DNA of 64,000 bases from Macrostomum lignano. Lineage: Eukaryota. This document shows, piece by piece, positions 13,931 to 25,000 of this stretch. The stretch spans positions 138,761-202,760 of the forward strand of contig NIVC01001401.1 of the NCBI GenBank assembly GCA_002269645.1. The letters are read 5' to 3'. The notes beneath the pieces are model-generated. The model was not told the origin of the DNA, ran no database searches, and was given only the letters and a program-made list of their open reading frames with translations. A program made the position numbers and the translations under genes. Each line of letters opens with the position of its first letter. Within the stretch, counting starts at the first letter, position 1.

Positions 13931-14369
13931 GTTTCTACAAGACCGGAATGAACAGCACAGCAGTCATGAAGTGGAAAGCAGATGATTTTAGCCAAGGGCT
14001 GACGAGAGCAACATCCCAGATGATAAGCCACTCGGATAGGCTTTTATTCTCTTGGAACGAATCGCACGGGGCGAATGGGGCAAATTTGGCGAGCCGGCGA
14101 GGATCGGGGGGCTGATGGGGGGAGAAAAATCCCCATCAAGGAGGCAGTGTATATAAGGCATTATTCCCGCTGCAAGCCGGCTATTTGTCAGGCTTGCCCA
14201 GAGATTTCCTGGATCGATTTTTGGGAAAACACGCGCATTCTGACAGGCCCTACGCCTTCCATTGTAACTGGGGGTAAGCGGCCGCTGATTTTGATCGAGT
14301 CTGACTGCCGACTTGCACCGGCTGTTTGCTGCACTGACTCGGGCATTGAAACTTTGCCCGTCTTCTTTA

Positions 14370-15545
14370 GAATCCCTAGCTTAGATCCCGATCTTGAATC
14401 CCGAGCTTAGATCCGATCTTGAATACTTAGCTTAGATCCCGATCTTGAATCCGAGCTTAGATCCGATCTTGAATTCCTAGCTTAGATCCCGATCTTGAAT
14501 ACTTAGCTTAGATCCCGATCTTGAATCCCGAGCTTAGATCCCGATCTTGAATCCCGAGCTTAGATCCCTATCTTGAATCCCGAGCTTAGATCCCGATCTT
14601 GAATCCCGAGCTTAGATCCGATCTTGAATTCCTAGCTTAGATCCGATCTTGAATTCCTAGCATAGATCCCGATCTTGAATACTTAGCTTAGATCCCGATC
14701 TTGAATTCCTAGCTTAGATCCGATCTTGAATTCCTAGCTTAGATCCCGATCTTGAATCCCGAGCTTAGATCCGATCTTGAATTCCTAGCTTAGATCCCGA
14801 TCTTGAATACTTAGCTTAGATCCCGATCTTGAATCCCGAGCTTAGATCCCGATCTTGAATCCCGAGCTTAGATCCCGATTGTGAATCCCGAGCTTAGATC
14901 CCGATATTGAATCCCGAGCTCAGATCCTGATCTTGAATCCCGAGCTTAGATCCCGATCTTGAATCCCGAGCTTAGATCCCGATCTTGAATCCCGAGCTTA
15001 GATCCCGATCTTGAAACCCTAGCTTAGATCCCGATCTTGAATCCCGAGCTTAGATCCCGATCTTGAATACTTAGCTTAGATCCCGATCTTAAATTCCTAG
15101 CTTAGATCCCGATCTTGAATCCCGAGCTTAGATCCCGATCTTGAATCCCGAGCTTAGATCCCGATCTTGAAACCCTAGCTTAGATCCCGATCTTGAATCC
15201 CGAGCTTAGATCCCGATCTTGAATACTTAGCTTAGATCCCGATCTTGAATACTTAGCTTAGATCCCGATCTTGAATCCCGAGCTTAGATCCCGATCTTGA
15301 ATCCCGAGCTTAGATCCCGATCTTGAATCCCGAGCTTAGATCCCGATCTTGAATCCCGAGCTCAGATCCTGATCTTGAATCCCGAGCTTAGATCCCGATC
15401 TTGAATACTTAGCTTAGATCCCGATCTTGAATCCCGAGCTTAGATCCCGATTTTGAATCCCGAGCTTAGATCCCGATCTTGAATTCCTAGCTTAGATCCC
15501 GATCTTGAATCCCGAGCTTAGATCCCGATCTTGAATACTTAGCTC
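14370..15545. repeat. 26-bp minisatellite (GAGCTTAGATCCCGATCTTGAATCCC)n
   Basis: About 45 tandem copies. Confidence 0.95.
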
Positions 15546-16010
15546 AGGTCCTGGTCCTGATCCCAATCTCGAACCCAACCCCTGTTCTTGATCCTGATCC
15601 CAACCCTATGGAGAATGCTTTTACAAGAACGCGACAGTGAAGAACTGCAAAGGCAGTCTTCGCGACAATATAAAGTGCCTTCTGTGTTGACTGGGGTAGG
15701 ACTAAGAACACTCTTTCCATCGGACTTGGATATTCGTGTTCGATAGAAAATGAAAGTGCATGGAATTTACAAGTTAGCGAGATTACCAATTGTTCATAGC
15801 TGGGACCAAATCTGCAATGTGCGAAAATGAATTTTCTTAAGTAAACAGGACTTCTTCATCAGCTGCTCGCTCACCTCGATGCCTTCTCTTCTAGATTATT
15901 AATTTTCCGCGCTTTCATTTTCTTCAACCTTTACTGAAAGTAGTGTGTTTGTAATGATAGTTTCCTCCACTGACTTACATCCTTACCCTGCGCGCAGCCC
16001 GCCAGTTACC

Positions 16011-19000
16011 ATGGTAACAAGCGACAGCGCCGCGAAAAACGACGCCGACAACAGTCGAAAGGCGGACGCGGAAGCAAAGCGGCGCGCCCGTGGCGCCGAG
16101 GCCGCCACAGCAATGGCAATGACGTCGGTGACCCTCGCGGAGACGTCGGCGACCCCGGCGGCTAAGCCGCATCGAGACGCCGCTGCTTCCGGTCGTCGGA
16201 GTAGACGGGGCGAGTCCAAGCACCGACGCAAGGATCAGAGACATCAGCAGCAACATCAGCACAGCTTCCTAGCTGCAGCGGTGGCGGCCACCGCCGCGGC
16301 CACAGTCGGGCTGCACTCGCTAGAAACGAAAGCGCCGATCGCGCACGACGATGAAGAAGACGAGGGGGCTGCGGCAGCGGCGGCAGCGGCTACGGGCTCA
16401 GACGCCGCCGCCCTGCTGGTTGCCGCTGCGTCAGGCGGCGGCGGTCCGACGCAAAACGGCGTCTCCGATGGGTGTAGAAGCGGCGTGAATACTCTGGCGA
16501 ATCCGAGTGCAGCTGAAGGTGACAGAACTCACTTTTGCGTACCTATGGGAGGCTCACCATTGTTACTCCATAGACTGGATTCCAGCGACCGTGCCAGCTC
16601 ATCCCCAGTCTCTCTCCCTGTCCCCATTCTCTCCCCCAGCCCTCACGGAGCCGACCATAGACTATGTATTCCAGCGACCGTGCCAGCTCATCCCCAGTCT
16701 CTCTCCCTGCCCCCATTCTCTCCCCCAGCCCTCACGGAGCCGACCATAGACTATGGATTCCAGCGACTATGCCAGCTCATCCCCAGTCTCTCTCCCTGCC
16801 CCCATTCTCTCCCCCAGCCCTCACGGAGCCGACCATAGACTATGGATTCCAGCGACTGTGCCAGCTCATCCCCAGTCTCTCTCCCTGCCCCCATTCTCTC
16901 CCCCAGCCCTCACGGAGCCGACCATAGACTATGGATTCCAGCGACTGTGCCAGCTCATCCCCAGTCTCTCTCCCTGTCCCTATTCTCTCCCCCAGCCCTC
17001 ACGGAGCCGACCATAGACTATGGATTCCAGCGACTATGCCAGCTCATCCCCAGTCTCTCTCCCTGCCCCCATTCTCTCCCCCAGCCCTCACGGAGCCGAC
17101 CATAGACTATGGATTCCAGCGACTATGCCAGCTCATCCCCAGTCTCTCTCCCTGCCCCCATTCTCTCCCCCAGCTCTCACGGAGCCGACCATAGACAATA
17201 GATTTATACATAGAGGTAGCTAAATTCTTAAGCTACTTTAAGTAGTTCAAAAGCAACTTTGAAAATGTGCCGCAACTTTTATTTTAGTTTTAATTGGCTC
17301 TCTGAAGTATATGCGCAGAACAGAACTATCTGCGGGTACAAAAGTGAACACTAGAGTCACCGTGACACTTAGGTTTGATTGGCACAGCTGATCGCTCAAT
17401 GGAGACCCTCAAGTTTTCATCAGCAAATGTCGTCGGTTCGTAGCAATTAAAAAATTTAAACGTTTATTTGGCCGCCAAAGGTGATAAAGAGGAATTAATA
17501 AACAAATATGATAAACTATAAACGAAACTAAACTAACTGCGTTTGGGCATGACGCCAATGGAATAAGCTGATTTTCAACTACGCTATTCCAAACGGATCT
17601 AGAATCTGCTTTAGGGATGGCAGTTTCCACTCCAGATATTCTACTAGTTATAGATCTCCATGGATAGCCTTTGATGATAGGTAATGTTAAATCATGGATA
17701 TATCTTCAGACCCAAGCCTAGCTTAGATGGTCCAGGCTCCGACCACATGCTGGGGTCTGTCCAAGCGCAAACTGGTCAAACCAATCTGCACCGCTGCTGC
17801 CACCCTGCTTGGGCTCACAGCACTGTTTCTGGACGCGGAGAGCAGAAATGCGAAAGTTTTGCCCCCTACTAACAATTTTAACTGCTTTGCCTGTCTTGTC
17901 TGCTTCAGTGCTTCAGTAAAGCAGATTCGCCAAAAGTTGTTAACTTTTGCGGCATCCCATCCGACAGTCCATCCCGGGGTCGCGCTAAGATATTATCCCC
18001 TTAGCTGGGCCAAGAAGACCGAAAAACTAGAATTTGGAGTGGCAACTCTTCTTTCCAGGCCAGTTCTTTGACACTAAATGAAACTGGTATCCCTTTATCC
18101 CAAGGGATCGGGATCGGGATCGGGATCGGGATCGGGATCGGGATCGGGATCGGGATCGGGATCGGGATCGGGATCGGGATCGGGATCGGGATCGGGATCG
18201 GGATCGAGACCGCGATTCGACAGAAGATCTGAGAGAAAAGTTTCTACTCCAAATTCTGGTTCTGGGTGTCCTTGGCTGGGGCCGTCCCTCAAGTAGACCA
18301 CACGGGTTGCCCGCCAATAAACCAGCGATCATGCAGTCCCGCTTCGCTTCATATATTAGCCATCCCCGTTATCCTCTACATGGATGCACTTTTCCTTTGT
18401 CTCTGCACACCGACCGTGCAGAGCCAGTCGGGGCCGCGTTGAAGGGCATCGAGGACGACAACCTGACAGGCGGCCTGCTCACCGAACGCGAGTGCCAGGC
18501 TCTGGTCCTGAGAAATCTGCATTACCGGCCTCGCCCATTCAGCGCCTTCACAACCTACAGCGACGCGATGCAGAGCGAAGACGACATCGAGGAGCTGCGA
18601 GCGACGGCCGGCCAGCGAACGTCCAACTACGACAATTTGCCTGCGTCAGCCGCTGCTGCAGCTGCTGCTGCTGCGGGTTCGCCGCCGGAAAGGCCGGTGC
18701 GAACGAGGCGTCAGGATGCGCAGACGAAGCTGCTGCTGGCGCCACTGGCCGCCGGCGGCGGGGTGACGTCTGCGGCTGCGGCGGAGACTGAAGATGACAG
18801 TGAGAGTCAGATTGACAGGGAGTTGAAGGGAGGGATGAAGGATGTGAAGATAAATCGAGATTCAAGAAGAGATTCGTAAATGGATTCGTGAATGGATTCG
18901 TGAATGGATTCGTGAATGGATTCGTGAATGGATTCATAAATGGATTCGTGAATGGATTCATAAATGGATTCGTGAATGGATTCGTGAATGGATTCGTGAA

Positions 19001-22000
19001 TGGATTCGTGAATGGATTCGTGAATGGATTCATAAATGGATTCGTGAATGGATTCGTAAATGGATTCGTAAATGGATTCGTGAATGGATTCGTAAATGGA
19101 TTCGTGAATGGATTCGTGAATGGATTCGTGAATGGATTCGTGAATGGATTCGTAAATGGATGCGTGAATGGATTCGTGAATGGATTCGTGAATGGATTTG
19201 TGAATGGATTCGTGAATGTATTCGTGAATGGATTCGTGAATGGATTCGTGAATGGATTCGTGAATGGATTCGTGAATGGATTCGTGAATGGATGCGTGAA
19301 GGGATTCGTGAATTGATTCGTGAATGGATTCGTGAATGGATTCGTGAATGGATTCGTGAATTGATTCGTGAATGGATTCGTGAATGGATTCGTGAATGGA
19401 TGCGTGAAGGGATTCGTGAATGGATTCGTGAATGGATTCGTGAATGGATTCGTGAATGGATTCGTGAATGTATTCGTGAATGGATTCGTGAATGGATTCG
19501 TGAATGGATTCGTGAATGGATTCGTGAATGGATGCGTGAAGGGATTCGTGAATTGATTCGTGAATGGATTCGTGAATGGATTCGTGAATGGATTCGGCAA
19601 AAGGTCAAGAAAAAGAGGTGACCCTTCAGTCCAGCTTAAATCCTGCCGCCGCTCGCAGAGGCGGCAGACACCGATGGCAAGAAGGCCGCCGCCGACCAGG
19701 CGACAGACTCGCCCGAGAAGCAGAAAAATCAGCAGCAGCAGCAGCAGCAGCAGAACGACGGCAAGCCGCCCACTCGGCCGAAGGTGTCGAAGTGGAAGCG
19801 ACGAAGGCGTCGCTGCGTCTCCTGCCTGAAGACCTCCGTGGCCTTCCTGTTCTCGCACATCGGCCTGTGCCTGCTGGTGATTGGCTACACCCTGTCAGGG
19901 GCTTACCTGTTCGTCTACCTGGAGCACGATCGGTCGGTCATGGACAATCGGATGTACACGGAGAGCGTGGCTCAGACGAGAATTCATATGAGGTTTGAGA
20001 CTGGGACTGGGAAGGAAGCTGCTGAGAGCTTGCCCTAAGAAAATATTGATAATCTGAGCCACTAGATTATTTAAGAATAGATCTAAAAATTGAGACAAGA
20101 GAGACTGGATCTATAGACTAGAATAGGAAGACTATGCGAGACTAGATCTGGGAAACTCGATATACGAGACTAGATCAGGAAGACTAGATCTAAAGACTAA
20201 GAGCTGAGAGTCTAAATCTGAGAGACTAGATCATTGAGACTAGATCTTAGAGACTAAATAAGGGAGACTAAATCTGTGAGACTTGATAATAAAGACTAAG
20301 TCTACGAGACTTGATATGAAAGACTAGATCTGAGAGACTAAATCTGAGAGACTAGATCTGAGAGACTAGATCTGAGAGACTAGATCTGAGAGACTAGATC
20401 TGAGAGACTAGATCTGAGAGACTAGATCTGAGAGACTAGATCTGAGAGGCTAGATCTGAGAGACTAGATCTGAGAGACTTGATCTGAGAGGCTAGATCTG
20501 AGAGACTAGATCTGAGAGACTAGATTTGAGAGACTAGATCTGAGAGACTAGATCTGAGAGACTAGATCTAAAAGACTAGATCTAAGAGACTAGAACTCAG
20601 ACTCTACACAATCAACCCTGTCTATCGATAGAAGCTTACAAAAATCAAGAACTTCGAAAGTTGAACACGCACTCTATTCAGGCCTTTCATACCATCAGTT
20701 GCAAGATCCCTGCTTCTCAGGAATGTATTCTTTCCTCCTAGCCAGCCATGCGGGGTGAACCTCAGATTAATAATTAACTGAGTAACCCCAGCAGCTGTTG
20801 CGGCAGAGAACGGGGATGGAGTAGAGGTGCCGGAAAAACAAACTAAAATTCGATTCGCACTCAAGCAGATTTTCGGCAAACAAAGGAAGAGAGGAGAGTC
20901 TCAGTGAACATGAATAATTCACTGATGCGGCGCTTAGTATTGCACTTGAGCTCGTAGGATCAGCAGTGGGAGGTCTTGGTAATGCGCGCTCAAGACCTCA
21001 TTGCCAATCCACTGTAATTGCAGTGCACTAACTGAACTCGACCAATTAGAGAAATTCTTGCTTTTAATTGCGGTAGGAAATCATGTTAATGTTTTTCTGG
21101 GCCAAATTTATGGATGTTACTCATCTAGCTTGTTGATTACTCATCTATAGCTTGTAGATCACTCATATATAGCTTGTAGATTACTCATATATAGCTTGTA
21201 GATTACTCATATATAGCTTGTAGATTACTCATATATAGCTTGTAGATTACTCATATATAGCTCGTAGATTACTCATATATAGCTTGTAGATTACTCATAT
21301 ATAGCTTGTATATTACTCATATATAGCTTGTAGATTACTCATATATAGCTTGTATATTACTTATCTAGTCTGTAGATTACTCATCTAGCTACAACTGCCC
21401 AACCCCACAGCGGCAACATGACCCAACCAGTCGTCGAGATGATCCAGGAGCTCAAGTCGGACTTTGAGCAGTTGTTTCACGTTCTAGAAGACATGGCAGA
21501 TGAGTCCTACAAGAAGCTGCTCAACATCAGCCAGATGCTGAGTTCGAGTCGGCTCCGACTGGCCGACGCCGTGCGCGAAGTTGGCGACGCAAATTCGCAG
21601 CTGTTGCACCAGCTTCAGGGGGACTTCACCCAGCATGAGGACAGCATCGAGACGCAGGTGGGGGTCCTCGGCAGCCTCCTGTCCAACATCAGCTGTCCGC
21701 CGTGCCCGTTTGGGCATCCGGGTGGCAACCGGTCTGGCAGCACCGGTCGCAGCATGCAGGACTACACTAACATGGTGCACAGGATCCGACAGCAGCTGGA
21801 TAAGTAAGCGGGTCCGCGACAACTGACTGCCCAAGAATAAACTCTAACCTAAAATCTAAGCTAAACCCTAACCTAAACCCTATAACCTAAACCCAATAAC
21901 CTACACCCTAACCAAAACCCTATATCCTAAACCCTATAACCTAAACCCTAACCTACACCTAACCTAAACCCTATAACCTAAACCCTATAACCTAAACCCT

Positions 22001-25000
22001 AACCTAAACCCTATAACCTAAACTCTAACCTAAACCCTAACCTTAACCATAACTTTAGCCCTAACCCTAACCTAAATCGTAGACAGAAGAGAATAAGCAT
22101 CGTATAAGCAATAAAATCGATTAAAAAATCGATCGAAAAAAAATCTATATTAACAAATCAATATTAAAATATCGATCATGAAAAAACGAGACTGAATGAA
22201 TCAATGAGTAAAAAAACGGATTATTAGGTCAATAGTCCATTTATTATTAATAGAAAATTACTATATATATATAAGTAACAGACAACTGAAAATCCGAAAA
22301 TGCTTCATCTTCAGCAATCAAATTTTCTATAAAAAATTCAGATCTCAGCTCGGCATCCGCAAGGAGCTTCGGCAGGCTGTCAACTCGGCGAAGGCTCGCA
22401 TCCGAGAGGAGGTGTTCCAGCTGTTCAATCATTCAACCGCCTACCGGCGCCAGGTGCTGCAGGTGCAGGCCTCTTTAGAATTGATGCAGGCCAGCCTCTA
22501 CAATTTCACCAGCGTTGCCCACCTCGAGTTGGAGAACAATCGAGTTCTGCTAGAGAAAATCAAAGGCGGTAAAGATTATTCCACTGTTGGCACCAATACT
22601 ATGATGGCCAGGTACAATTATTCGGCCACTTTGCGTACCTGGGCGCTGAAACTGGAGGAGTCTGTTTACAGCTACGCCATGCGGGGCTGGAGTCGGCCGG
22701 ACGAGGACAAGCCGGGTGTCAATCAGACTATCTGGACTTTTCCTGGCGCTCTGCTGTACGCCATCACCATAGTGACTACCATTGGTGAGCGGCGCTTGTG
22801 ACTATTGCTGATGTACTGATTTTCTACTTGTATCCATACATGCTTCTGACTCTGTGATCTCATCTCTCCACACTCCTGACTCTGTGATCTAGTCTCTCCA
22901 CACTCCTGACTCTGCGATCTAGTCTCTCCACACTCCTGACTCTGTGATCTAGTCTCTCCACTCTTCTGACTCTGTGATCTAGTCTCTCTACTCATATCGC
23001 TCTGCGATCTAGTCTCTCCACTCTCCTGGCCCCGAGATCTAGTCTCTCCACTCTTCTGGCTCCGTGATCTAATCTCTCAACTATTCTGACTCCGTGATCT
23101 AGTCTCTCCACTCTTCTGGCTCCGTGATCTAATCTCTCAACTATTCTGACTCCGTGATTCTAGTCTCTCCACTCTCCTGGCCCCGAGATTTAGTCTCTCC
23201 TCTTCAGATTTTCCCTCTCTCTTTTAGTCTTGCTTTGCGAATTGGCGGTGGGAAGTTTATAATAAGAGCGCATAGTGTACTTTTGCTGTGAGACTACATG
23301 TATGTCATTCATCCTGGGAGTTCTGGCTGTCCCCCCTCCGAAGTTGTGCATCCAATTCGCAGGACGTCTAGCTTGGCTAATCGGTTTTCTGTGTTAATCA
23401 GAGCGATCATTAAATTTTTATGCGTTGCCAGGGCACTGATGTCTCAACTGATCTTTCTAGCATATCTATGCATCTGTGAGTTTATGTATCCATGCAATCC
23501 ATGCATCTATACTTCTAGGTATATGCATCTATCTAGGGGTGAGCGTCGGACTCACGACTGAAAGGTCGGGGGTTCGATTCTCGAGCCACCTCGGAACAAT
23601 TTGTGTCCTTGAGCAAGACATTAGCTGGGGTAATTGAGGGTGTGTGTGGCGACCCCCCCTCCCCAGTCCTTAGACTGAACAGGCGTACGCAGCCTTCAGA
23701 TGTGCTGCGCATCTAGACATCTATATCAATCTATATATCCATGCATCTATAAATCTATGCATCTATATTATTACCTAGGAAGTGTCACCACGAGCTGAAA
23801 TACGTGTAGAATACGAGCCCATACCGTATATCATGACCATGGACACGGCAGAGTGGACTTCAATTACAATCTGCAATAATTGCCTGCAAGCAATTGGGGA
23901 AATCCCATTTTTGAATTCGCATCGGTTAACCAGCTGAGTAAGCCCCAAAAAAATTGGTCCCAGTGTAATCTGTATGCTTTCAATTAAAGATTTCTGAAGC
24001 GAAACTGCAGATGATTATGCACAGACTTAGCCAAGCAAATGGTATCGATCAGTGCAGTTACCTCGCTCAGTTGCCTACAGTGCCAGCCAGCCAGATTGGT
24101 CAGCCATGCCTTCACACTGATGACCTCTTCGGGAGGCGGATCACCGTTCTTTTATGATCATTTTTCTCTTTTTCTGTGTCTGTCTCTTCCATATCTCCTC
24201 TGGTTTGAAAGTCTTCCCAATTGCGAGATTAAACTGTCGAGGGCTATTGAACCTAAAAATCATAAAAATGCATGGCACAACTCGACTCCTTGGTTTCATG
24301 AATCCATTTTATCATCTCTGTTACAAATACTGTCACATAGTCAGCTAAGAATGACAAAATAGATTCATAAAACCAATGAGCCGAGCCATGCAATTTTAAT
24401 GAATTTCAGGCACAGGACATGTACAAATGTACGTAGAATAAAACATTAAGCTTTATGAATATCAATAGAGCTATAACAAAGGCACAACATATCAAAAGAT
24501 GAACATTGGGTCTGCCTCCTGCTGAAAAAAGATTTTCTTGGAAAAATTTTTTCCAAGAAACGAGATTTCCCGTCCTTGTACTTGAGTAGTCCTTGCTGAG
24601 AATTTTATTTCTAAGAAATTCACTACAATGCCCCCCTCCGTTTTTCTACTATTGGATTTTGGACTGCTGTTATCGTTTAGTCCTGGCCTCAGTCGTAGAT
24701 TTTCAAGCTAAATTGGCCAATTCCAAGAAAACAGGTCCGACAGTCGAGACGGATTCGATCTTAATTAAGAGGAAAGCCAACATTCTGGCTAGCTGTGCAA
24801 CTATCGGTAAAACCCAAGTTGCGCGGGGCCGCATCCCAGCGGGATTGGGGGGGGGGGGGGCATGGACAAACCAGAGCTGTGCGTTCTGCAGTTTGCCGTT
24901 GTCCTTCAAATCTCGTCCCGATGCAAAACCAGCATGCAGTACCTGTGTTCTGCGCTAGTTTTGGCCTCTCATGGTTCGCTCACGGTCAGAGAGAGAAGGG

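Noticed and set aside
12529-14031. 500-aa Cys-rich hydrophobic ORF on the minus strand
   Set aside because: Product of a 16-bp tandem repeat; no coding signal independent of the repeat
15945-16838. ORF-track protein of 297 aa as a standalone gene
   Set aside because: It is K2P exon 1 reading through its donor into the COE-derived array; the spliced model explains it better
18548-19858. 436-aa minus-strand ORF (NPFT)n and overlapping (GFVN)n/(REWI)n ORFs
   Set aside because: 12-bp repeat in K2P intron 2, bounded by phase-matched splice sites
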